64,000 nt of DNA from Candidatus Chisholmbacteria bacterium. Lineage in GTDB: Bacteria; Patescibacteriota; Microgenomatia; UBA1400; Chisholmbacteraceae. Shown piece by piece: positions 56,800 to 64,000 of this stretch. Both the position numbers and the translations under genes were made by a program. The notes under the pieces were generated by a model. That model was not told the origin of the DNA and ran no database searches. It saw only the letters and a program-made list of their open reading frames with translations. The stretch spans positions 65,547 through 129,546 of the forward strand of contig CAVPHZ010000001.1 of NCBI GenBank assembly GCA_963704905.1, given 5' to 3'. Numbering within the stretch: position 1 is the stretch's first letter; each line of letters starts with the position of its first letter.

Positions 56800-56901
56800 T
56801 TTTTTAATAAATTTTACATCCGATATAACGCAATTATAACTTACACGTTGATTTGTTTCATTCACATCTTGTTACGTCTGTTTTTTTATGCATGGTAGAA
56901 T

Positions 56902-57183
56902 GTGTCTATGGCACGCCGAAGAACAAAGAAAGATAAGATTATCGCAGGTCTGCGACGACAGGTTGTGAGCAAACAATCAACGTCTCAAGACAAACAACCG
57001 GAGAACACTGTTGTATATCTTCGACGTCAAAAGAAAGTAAATCGCCAACCGCTACAAACTGCAAGCGAGACATCCTTGTATTCATACGATCCAGCATTTC
57101 TGAGAAAAGATCTTGCTAAGACAGTGCTTCTCTCTATAGTTTCGTTCGGTGTGATTTTTGTCTTGTATTATGTATTACGATAG
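56902..57183 (+). CDS. Small basic hypothetical protein with C-terminal TM helix
   Basis: The ORF is 93 aa. The N-terminus is Arg/Lys-rich and the C-terminus is 'VLLSIVSFGVIFVLYYVL'. Confidence 0.3.
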   Translation: MSMARRRTKKDKIIAGLRRQVVSKQSTSQDKQPENTVVYLRRQKKVNRQPLQTASETSLYSYDPAFLRKDLAKTVLLSIVSFGVIFVLYYVLR

Positions 57184-57187
57184 ATGT

Positions 57188-57364
57188 TATGAGATTTTTT
57201 TGTTCACAGTGTAGAAAAGAGTATAACCTCGAAGCTTTTGAAGAATTTATAACCAAAACTGGTAAGAAAATGGGAAAGACAACTTGCCCAGTGTGCGGTA
57301 TGGTTCTCTTCCGACGCTTGGATACTGATTATCATGTGGAATCAGAGCAAGAGAAGCAGTAAAC
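57188..57364 (+). CDS. Small zinc-ribbon protein (CxxC...CxxC), 58 aa
   Basis: 'MRFFCSQCRKEY...KTTCPVCGMVLF'. It is shorter than the ORF-track cutoff and was read directly from the sequence. Confidence 0.3.
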
Positions 57365-57481
57365 ATATCACTTCTTTTCTTGTTTATTATGCTTGATCAA
57401 TCCAAAATATCTGATATTTTCCAAGCGAAATCCTAAGGATTACAATCCTATCTTTCTTTATTACAATATCTTCATGGTATA

Positions 57482-59080
57482 TTGGCTACGCCCAAATTGT
57501 TACTACTTATGAAAAAAACAATTACCGTCAATGATCTCGACTCAGTAAAAGAGAAATTAACCGCGGCTGTGAGCAATATTTTGCACAATAATATTGTTTC
57601 ATATGCTGATATTCGCCTGGAAGCAAGTGAAGGAGTCGGGGCGTATAGCGAAGATGGTCATCCAAAGGTAACCAGTCTTGATTGGGGTCTCTCTCTTGGA
57701 ATACGAGTTATCGCAGGAAAGCACATTCAAGCATCAGGATTTTATGGTCGCCAACTTGGTATTACTGATTATTTAGATCTTGAAAACATTTTACGGGATG
57801 GATTTCAAACTGCTTATCTGCGGGCAAAAGCAAACTCTATTGAAAAGAGATTATTTAAAAAACAAGCAGGTTCATTTGGAAAAACTCTTTCATCTACGCG
57901 ACTTGCGCCGATTGATGTGCGTCAAGAAGTTGTTAAGCCAGACTTTGATATTGATCCCCGCTCGGTTCGTCCAAAAGAAATGACCGATTTTGCATGTCAG
58001 GCTGCAGCCCGGGCAAAGGTATTTCACCCCCATGTGCGAAGAGTTGAGGTGGTTGTTAATACTGGAATTTCTCGCCAACTGTTTGTTTCTTCTGAAGGTA
58101 CGGTTATCGATCAGTGGACTTGTTCATCAGGTGGAACAATATTTATTTTGGCACAAAATGATGATGGAGGTAAACCTGCAGATCTCTATCACCATACTGG
58201 AAATCAACTCGGATTTGAAGCGTTAACAGAAGGAAAAAATGCTCATGAGCAATCCTTTGACATCTTTGCTGAGCAAATTGCCAATGAAACCGTTCAGCTT
58301 GCAAATGCAAAACCAGCACCAACTCAAGATAAACCGGTCACTATTGTTCTAGACCCTGATCTAGTTGCACTTTTTGCCCATGAAATCATTGGCCATCCTT
58401 CCGAACTTGATAGAGCGTTAAAAATGGAGGCGGGATATGCAGGTCGATCTTGGTTCTTCGATAATCTTAAGAAGACTATGCAAGGGAAGAAAATCGGTTC
58501 CTCGCTCCTTACTGCATTTTCCGATCCAACACTACGAGGAGGGTATGGATACTATCTTTATGATGATGAAGGAACTCCTGCCAAGCGTGTCTATCATATT
58601 AAAAACGGCATGTATAAGCAGTTCATGAATAGTCGACAAACAGCGGAGATTGTTGGAGCCCAACCTAATGGTCACTACAAAGCGAATGACGCTTCTGCGG
58701 TTCCTCTGATTAGAATGTCAGTCTCTGCTATTGCTCCTGGAAAACAAGATCCTCAAAAGATCATTTCTGAAGTGGAGTATGGCTATTACTGCGTGGGACA
58801 TCGCATACCATCGATATCAGAATCGCGTGAAAACTTCCAAATCGCGCCTCGCCTCATTTATGAAATTCGAAATGGAGAAATTGGAGAAGTTTACCGAGAT
58901 GGTCGAGTTACGGCAGATTCAAAAGACTTTTTCATGTCAATTGATGCCGTTGGACATGATTTTAAGGTATTTCCTATTCCAAACTGCGGAAAAGGTCAAC
59001 CGATGCAAGCAAAGCAAGTTGGAAACGGAGGACCAACATTACGTGCAAAAGCGAAAATCGCTAGAGGTGAATACTCATGA
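57482..59080 (+). CDS. tldD: TldD-family metallopeptidase (peptidase U62)
   Basis: 'FAHEIIGHPSELDR' is the HExxxH motif. The alternative start ATG is at 57512. The next gene overlaps it by 4 nt. Confidence 0.75.
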   Translation: MATPKLLLLMKKTITVNDLDSVKEKLTAAVSNILHNNIVSYADIRLEASEGVGAYSEDGHPKVTSLDWGLSLGIRVIAGKHIQASGFYGRQLGITDYLDLENILRDGFQTAYLRAKANSIEKRLFKKQAGSFGKTLSSTRLAPIDVRQEVVKPDFDIDPRSVRPKEMTDFACQAAARAKVFHPHVRRVEVVVNTGISRQLFVSSEGTVIDQWTCSSGGTIFILAQNDDGGKPADLYHHTGNQLGFEALTEGKNAHEQSFDIFAEQIANETVQLANAKPAPTQDKPVTIVLDPDLVALFAHEIIGHPSELDRALKMEAGYAGRSWFFDNLKKTMQGKKIGSSLLTAFSDPTLRGGYGYYLYDDEGTPAKRVYHIKNGMYKQFMNSRQTAEIVGAQPNGHYKANDASAVPLIRMSVSAIAPGKQDPQKIISEVEYGYYCVGHRIPSISESRENFQIAPRLIYEIRNGEIGEVYRDGRVTADSKDFFMSIDAVGHDFKVFPIPNCGKGQPMQAKQVGNGGPTLRAKAKIARGEYS

Positions 59081-60627
59081 TCACTTTAACTAATTTACAG
59101 ACTACGGTCGAACGAGGCTTGGAAAAAGTAAGGGCTATACCCGGAATCATTGAAGGGCTTGTTTATGCTTCCTCAAATAATCGAAGCGTCTCGAGAATTG
59201 CCTATACAACACACCTACCAAGTAATGGGTTAGAAGAACCAAAATCAGATGAAGACTTTGGTGTATGTGTTGAGCTTTGGTATAAAAAGAATGGTCAACA
59301 ACTCGTAGGAATTGGACACGAACCAAATGATCTTTCCCAGCCAGCAGTATTGCGAGCAATTTCGAAAGCAAAAAGAGATGCCGTTGCCGATCCTGATTTT
59401 CAAGGGTTTTTAAAGCCAGAAATACTGTTAAAGAAAAAAAAGATTCACAAACTCAACCTCGATAGTCGGTTACTGAACCTAGACAGAAAGAGTGAAGCAG
59501 AGATCTTAGCCAAGCTCAGTTGGGAGACAATAGATGGAGCTATTGATGTGCTGAAATCGTATGCAAAACGAAAGAAGGTTTCTCCAAAACAACTTGCCTT
59601 CATTTTAAATGGCGACCACTTTCTAATTACTGAACGCATGGCTCTAGCGACAACAAATGGCATTGTTGATCGAGAGGAGTCGACCGTCGTTCTCTCTTTT
59701 CTTACTGCAATGCTCGAATCTGACCTTTCAAAAGGATCATCCTGGGGTGCACAATTAACACTCGATGATTTTTCCGCCTTTGATATCGGTCGACGAGCTG
59801 CCTTGGCTGCGATCAATGGAGCCGGTGGAAAGCGTATTAAAAGTGGACGATACTCTGTTGTGTTCGGACCACAGGCCGTAACTGAGTTATTTGGGAGCCT
59901 GCTACTTACGCATCTTTCTTTAGGCATGGTCGATTTTGGAGCAACAATGTTTGGTGGAAAATACGGCCAGAAAATTGCATCAAACCTCCTCACACTCTAT
60001 GATGACGCAACACTTCCAAATGGTGCCGGCAGTAAGCGGATAACTTGTGAAGGTTGTCCGACTGGAAAAACATTGTTAATTGACAAGGGTAAATTGGTTG
60101 GGTATTTATCTGATTCACGCACAACAAATAAGATATTGGGAAAGCGGAAAGAATCGACTCAGAAACTAGGTATTGATCCTCATCAAATACGACATGCAAT
60201 TACACCAAGAAATGGATTTCGTTTCTCACGAGGAGGTGGAAGAATTGCGGCTTCTTCTGTTGGTATTCATGCAACTAACTTAGTTGTCGATACTCACAAG
60301 CCGGTAAGTGAAAGTGAGCTACTAAATAATGTGAAAGATGGAATTTTCATCGGTCGACTCTGGTATACCTATCCCGTTGGGGGATATTCAAGCGGTATCA
60401 TTTCAGGAACCGCGATTGCAGACTCTTATCGAATACGGAATGGAAAATTAGCTGAACCCTTACTTCCAAATACAATTCGGTTAGAAGATGACTTGTCAGA
60501 AATGATTCAGAATATCATTGGTATTGCGAATAACACTATCCCGACAATTCTTTGGGCTTCAGACGAAATTACTCATGCTCCTTGGGTTGCAATAGACAAT
60601 GTTCGACTACTTTCAATAAACGGATGA
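59077..60627 (+). CDS. pmbA: PmbA/TldE-family metallopeptidase partner (peptidase U62)
   Basis: It shows similar U62 architecture without HExxxH. It is translationally coupled to tldD. Confidence 0.7.
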   Translation: MITLTNLQTTVERGLEKVRAIPGIIEGLVYASSNNRSVSRIAYTTHLPSNGLEEPKSDEDFGVCVELWYKKNGQQLVGIGHEPNDLSQPAVLRAISKAKRDAVADPDFQGFLKPEILLKKKKIHKLNLDSRLLNLDRKSEAEILAKLSWETIDGAIDVLKSYAKRKKVSPKQLAFILNGDHFLITERMALATTNGIVDREESTVVLSFLTAMLESDLSKGSSWGAQLTLDDFSAFDIGRRAALAAINGAGGKRIKSGRYSVVFGPQAVTELFGSLLLTHLSLGMVDFGATMFGGKYGQKIASNLLTLYDDATLPNGAGSKRITCEGCPTGKTLLIDKGKLVGYLSDSRTTNKILGKRKESTQKLGIDPHQIRHAITPRNGFRFSRGGGRIAASSVGIHATNLVVDTHKPVSESELLNNVKDGIFIGRLWYTYPVGGYSSGIISGTAIADSYRIRNGKLAEPLLPNTIRLEDDLSEMIQNIIGIANNTIPTILWASDEITHAPWVAIDNVRLLSING

Positions 60628-60844
60628 TCTCTTCCTATTTTCTGAGCTTCATTGAAGAAGTTTGACCTTTTTTGAGCTATTTTTACCCTTTTGCTCTTAG
60701 CCTGTAGAGAGAATTACCAATTCTCAATAGATACATGTTTGATTTTCTCACCAGAGAAGTCGTAGTTTGTATGAGAAAAATGTATTTAGTACTGTTAAGC
60801 GTTTGTTGACTCATCACCTGCAGCGAAGTAGCATAGATCTAAAC

Positions 60845-60877
60845 TGCCCGGGCAGCATGGGGGCAGTTTTTTTCTGT
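60845..60877 (+). terminator. GC-rich hairpin (CTGCCC...GGGCAG) followed by a T7 run; rho-independent terminator candidate
   Basis: 'ctgcccgggcagcatgggggcagttttttt' lies in the 300-nt intergenic region downstream of pmbA. Confidence 0.35.
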
Positions 60878-60925
60878 CTCCATGCCTGCTCACTGCCCGC
60901 ATACTCTGACCCCTAATCGAAATAG

Positions 60926-61363
60926 ATGGACCAACACAACGCTCTCCTTGAGGAGTATCGAGTCTGTCTGCCCAAAGAACGACATATTATTAATGGTCTT
61001 GCATATGTTATTGGTTTTGTGCTTTTTCTTAGTCCATTTCTTTATCGATACACCTTTCTATTTGCAATGGTTACCTTGGTGTATTTTTTTTCTGTGTTTA
61101 CCTTTCTCATTTTTCAAAGTGGAATTGTATCAATTTGGATGCGAATATCTTTCATTACTCATGATATTGCGAGCGATGTGACTAGAATCTCTAGAAGAGT
61201 GAAGATGGGGTATCAGTTTGCTTTGGAAGAACTCAAATATTTTCGGAGAAATATTTTGGCTTTTCCTATGGCACGCGCGCGATGGGAAACTCTGTTTTTT
61301 TCCTTCGCTGTAGCTTGGGCAAATGTTTTTCCAAGTTCTAAGGAAAAGAAAATAGGGTCATAA
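60926..61363 (+). CDS. Hypothetical 2-TM membrane protein (doubtful; 3' end overlaps rdgB on the opposite strand)
   Basis: The ORF is 145 aa with hydrophobic segments. It overlaps the convergent rdgB by about 150 nt. Confidence 0.2.
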   Translation: MDQHNALLEEYRVCLPKERHIINGLAYVIGFVLFLSPFLYRYTFLFAMVTLVYFFSVFTFLIFQSGIVSIWMRISFITHDIASDVTRISRRVKMGYQFALEELKYFRRNILAFPMARARWETLFFSFAVAWANVFPSSKEKKIGS

Positions 61364-61833
61364 CCAAATCCGTTTTTTCCTCTTGACTCATCAATTATTA
61401 TTCCTTCTGTTTTCCCTTCAAAAAGTATGATTTCTTTGCTGTCAGGAATGTAAATTGCTATAACCGCTCGAAATCGTGCTGTTTTTTTTTCATACGGAAC
61501 ATTGTTTAATAATTGGTGCACTTTCTTAATTCTTTCATCATTGGTTCTACCAAAGCGTTTACTTTTTACTCCTGGTTGTCCGTCTAACGCGTTTATCTCT
61601 AGTCCTGAATCGTCGGAAAGGGTCAAGAGTCCCGTCAATTCTCCATACGTCTGCGCTTTCAATCGAGCATTTTGAGCAAATGATACCCTCCCTTCCTCAA
61701 TAGTGATCTCTCTCGGAATCGACCTGATGTCACCTATCGTTAATACATTGAGTGGAAGATCCTTTAGTAGAGTTTTGAATTCTCTTATTTTTCCTTGATT
61801 TGTGGTTGCTAGAAGTAGTTTTTGTTTATTCAT
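61213..61833 (-). CDS. rdgB: dITP/XTP pyrophosphatase (RdgB/HAM1 family)
   Basis: 'LLLATTNQGKIREFKTLL', 'SLELGKT' and 'SHRARA'. Confidence 0.85.
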   Translation of the reverse strand: MNKQKLLLATTNQGKIREFKTLLKDLPLNVLTIGDIRSIPREITIEEGRVSFAQNARLKAQTYGELTGLLTLSDDSGLEINALDGQPGVKSKRFGRTNDERIKKVHQLLNNVPYEKKTARFRAVIAIYIPDSKEIILFEGKTEGIIIDESRGKNGFGYDPIFFSLELGKTFAQATAKEKNRVSHRARAIGKAKIFLRKYLSSSKAN

Positions 61834-61909
61834 GCAGTACCTTCTTTAGGTAGTCGAACTTGATTTGCTGACTCACTAGAAATTGATAATCTCTAAATAA
61901 CTTTTTCGT

Positions 61910-62428
61910 TTATTGACTTAGCGGTTGTGCACCTTGTGTGGCTGTAATTGGTTGAGAAGAAGTCGGTTGGGGTTTTTTGGTTGGCTTCAGAAATGTTTCG
62001 AAGTTGCTACTCTGACTGGGTTTATTCTCACCACTTGGAGTGCTCATCTTCTTGGTTGGAATTGATGTTGGTTTAGGAAATTGCTCCTCATTAATTGGGG
62101 TTAAGATTTCTTGAGTTGAAGATGGATTATTTTCCAAGTTCGTTTTTACGTAATAGGCTATTGCAATGCCAGCGAGTATCGTAATTCCAATCGTCATAAG
62201 CGCAACAAAAAATGATTTTAGAGGCAAGTGAGGAGTTTTCTTTTCTTGTTCAAAATTCTCAATTATGTTCGGTTGCTGTGGTTGGAGTTTAGCTGTCTCG
62301 GCGGGTTCGGGTTCTGGAGTTACAGGTTTTAATTCCTCTCCAGGCTGGTCATTCTTTGACCCAGAATTTTTTTCAAGATTTGATTTATTTGATCCTTCTT
62401 GGCTATTTTTATGCTGCTCTTCTTCCAT
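61910..62428 (-). CDS. Hypothetical Pro/Gln-rich single-pass membrane protein
   Basis: TM segment 'FFVALMTIGITILAGIAIAYYV'. Both flanks are low-complexity and Pro-rich. Confidence 0.4.
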   Translation of the reverse strand: MEEEQHKNSQEGSNKSNLEKNSGSKNDQPGEELKPVTPEPEPAETAKLQPQQPNIIENFEQEKKTPHLPLKSFFVALMTIGITILAGIAIAYYVKTNLENNPSSTQEILTPINEEQFPKPTSIPTKKMSTPSGENKPSQSSNFETFLKPTKKPQPTSSQPITATQGAQPLSQ

Positions 62429-62489
62429 ATCTTGATAAGCATAGCATGTTTTAAAAAGTTGCTACAATACACTTCTCTTGATATATCGT

Positions 62490-63128
62490 ATGGGTCAACC
62501 TTCAAAAGTCCGTATCTTAACCATTCTCTCAACTTACTACCCAAGTCTCCCAATGACTTCTGTTGCTACTACCCCATTTAAAACGCTAATCGCCACTTTG
62601 ATCTCTCAGCGGGCACGAGATGACCAAATGATTCCGGTTGCACGAGAACTTTTTTTATTGGCAGATACTCCAAAAAAGATACTTCGACTCAATCAACGTA
62701 CGCTAGAAGATGTACTTCAACCGGCTGGTAAGCATCTTCAAAATGCACAACGTATAAAGCGGATATCGAGGATTCTCATTAGTGAATTTAACGGTCATGT
62801 CCCAAGTGATGAACAAAACCTTCTCTCGTTACCTGGTATAGGAAGAAAGACAGCAAATATTGTCCTCTCACATGCCTTTGGAAAGGATGCCATTGCAGTT
62901 GATACTCACGTGCATCGAATTACTAATCGCCTTGGCTGGATACGGACAACAACACCAGAGCAAACAGAGCTACGATTAAAACGTGCTATTCCTCAAGACT
63001 TATGGAGCATCGTTAATAGGGTATTTGTTCGTCATGGGCAAACAATTTGCACGCCTCTCTCACCAAAATGTTCCTCATGTCCGATTCGAACAAATTGCAG
63101 GAAGATTGGAGTGAATCGGTCTCGGTAG
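62490..63128 (+). CDS. nth: Endonuclease III (HhH-GPD with 4Fe-4S cluster)
   Basis: 'LPGIGRKTANIVL' and the cluster-binding 'CTPLSPKCSSCPIRTNC'. A start at ATG 62490 is preferred over TTG 62478. Confidence 0.85.
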   Translation: MGQPSKVRILTILSTYYPSLPMTSVATTPFKTLIATLISQRARDDQMIPVARELFLLADTPKKILRLNQRTLEDVLQPAGKHLQNAQRIKRISRILISEFNGHVPSDEQNLLSLPGIGRKTANIVLSHAFGKDAIAVDTHVHRITNRLGWIRTTTPEQTELRLKRAIPQDLWSIVNRVFVRHGQTICTPLSPKCSSCPIRTNCRKIGVNRSR

Positions 63129-63387
63129 TATTTACACAGGAAGTTATAATCCTGCCTTCTTCCAATCATTGAGAAACCGATCGAGTCCTGTATTGGTTAC
63201 TGGGTGATTTGGTAACTGCTCTACCATGCCGTAGTTTACTGTCGCGATATCGGCACCTAATAAAGCAACAGTTTTCAGCGTGCTCGACACTTCTATTACT
63301 GGCTGCAAGAAATTCTGTATGAAAGTTATTGTTCTCATACATTTCTCTTATGTGGGTTGCATTATCATTTATATGGTTGTTAGTTTT

Positions 63388-64000
63388 TCAAATCATTTTC
63401 TCTTGCGGCCGATACTGTAGTGCTTCGGCGATGTAGTTTGGTAATATTTCTTGATCTCCAGCAAGATCGGCTATGGTCCGGGCAACTTTTATGACTTTAA
63501 AATAACTTCTGGCAGTTAACCCCATTTTTGCGGTAGCTTGAGTGAGCAATGACTTACTCTCCTTTTTTAAAAGACAATACTCTCTCACTTGTCGGCTGTT
63601 CATCTCTGCGTTGGTGATAAGCTTAACTTTAGCAAAGCGATTTTGTTGCAGCTTTCTTGCTTTTGTGACCCGCTTCCTTATCGATTGAGAAGGTTCTCCA
63701 AAGCGCTCATCTGAAGTAAGTTTTTTTAATTCAACTTCTGGAACTTCTACATGCAAATCTATTCGATCTAAGATAGGACCTGATAACTTTTTCCGGTAGC
63801 GGCTAATATGACCAGGTAGGCAAACACATTGTTTCTTTTTACTTCCATAGTATCCGCATGGACAGGGATTTGCAGCAGCAATCAACATGAACTGTGCTGG
63901 GTAGATCATCGTACCAGCAGCTCTTGAAATTTGAACGACGCCATCTTCTATTGGCTGTCTCAGGCTTTCTAACACATGTCTGGGATATTCTGGAAACTCA
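63388..64000 (-). CDS. comM: YifB/ComM-family Mg-chelatase-like AAA+ ATPase (C-terminal part; N-terminus beyond window end)
   Basis: 'AANPCPCGYYG...CVC' and 'LSGPILDRIDLHVEVP'. The ORF runs off the window edge. Confidence 0.8.
   Translation of the reverse strand, partial: EFPEYPRHVLESLRQPIEDGVVQISRAAGTMIYPAQFMLIAAANPCPCGYYGSKKKQCVCLPGHISRYRKKLSGPILDRIDLHVEVPEVELKKLTSDERFGEPSQSIRKRVTKARKLQQNRFAKVKLITNAEMNSRQVREYCLLKKESKSLLTQATAKMGLTARSYFKVIKVARTIADLAGDQEILPNYIAEALQYRPQEKMI

Noticed and set aside
60882-61181. 99-aa ORF overlapping the 60926-61363 ORF in another frame
   Set aside because: Both are hydrophobic low-complexity translations of the same AT-rich stretch. At most one can be real, and neither has homology support. 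Only the longer is reported, with low confidence.
63144-63338. 64-aa minus-strand ORF between nth and comM
   Set aside because: It has no motif and no ribosome-binding-site context, and it lies in the short gap between two convergent or tandem genes. It is likely spurious.
1-64000. Checked for CRISPR arrays, IS/transposase, integrase, rRNA and tRNA genes
   Set aside because: There are no regularly spaced direct repeats, no transposase- or integrase-like ORFs and no rRNA-like stretches. None of the intergenic segments I inspected shows a convincing tRNA cloverleaf, and most gaps are under 150 bp. I cannot rule out a small ncRNA without a covariance-model scan.
1-64000. Alternative genetic code (UGA or UAA recoding) as seen in some CPR lineages
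   Set aside because: All large conserved genes (ppsA, aspS, gltX, secD, the A2M-like ORF and others) are uninterrupted under the standard code 11. The two in-frame stops seen are TAA and are accompanied by other signs of gene decay.

Overview
Part 1. The window is AT-rich and densely coding, with about 58 predicted protein-coding genes. I found no rRNA, tRNA, CRISPR array, transposase or integrase. All long ORFs are intact under the standard bacterial code, so there is no sign of stop-codon recoding.

Gene content suggests a small-genome bacterium of the Candidate Phyla Radiation (Patescibacteria) type. The evidence is a lamin-tail-domain surface protein, an archaeal-type short AspRS, a bacterial Elp3, an archaeal-type PPAT fused to a DUF359 dephospho-CoA kinase, many stand-alone receiver proteins and many signal-anchored proteins. 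This lineage call is an inference.

Housekeeping genes recognised by motif:
- Transcription, translation and secretion: greA, gltX, aspS, cca, secD and secF.
- DNA repair and nucleotide metabolism: thyA and folA (as an operon), recJ, nth, rdgB and a partial comM/yifB at the window end.
- Proteases and carbohydrate metabolism: a TldD/PmbA pair, ppsA, an alpha-glucan phosphorylase and PfkB kinases.
- Other: a CopB-type P1B ATPase, pterin-4a-carbinolamine dehydratase, FKBP, DedA, a D,D-carboxypeptidase and a SulP/STAS transporter.

Part 2. The less ordinary content is as follows.
1. The most unusual locus is an envelope-directed cluster at about 8.6 to 21.1 kb. A minus-strand operon encodes a 1742-aa N-terminally anchored alpha-2-macroglobulin-like protein with an apparently degenerate thioester site, a secreted Memo/LigB-family protein and a CapA-like metallophosphoesterase. 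Nearby are a TetR regulator divergent from a membrane-anchored Memo-AMMECR1 fusion, a class I methyltransferase and an Elp3-type radical SAM/GNAT enzyme. Together these look like a non-canonical, possibly extracytoplasmic variant of the AmmeMemoRadiSam theme.
2. A three-gene module (sensor histidine kinase plus two stand-alone receivers) is present twice as paralogous copies.
3. A PPAT-DUF359 fusion carries the two terminal CoA biosynthesis steps in archaeal form on one polypeptide.
4. An archaeal-type AspRS carries a C-terminal YbaK/ProX-like deacylase domain.
5. An ATP-cone domain is fused to an Mrr-like nuclease.
6. An AbrB/MazE-like protein and a wHTH-nucleotidyltransferase pair sit directly upstream of secDF.
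7. An OmpR/HK pair is followed by a CpxP/Spy-like LTXXQ periplasmic protein.
8. Two genes appear decayed: a PfkB kinase with an in-frame stop plus a frameshift, and a methyltransferase with an in-frame TAA.

All functional calls rest on motif and architecture recognition by eye. No database searches were run.
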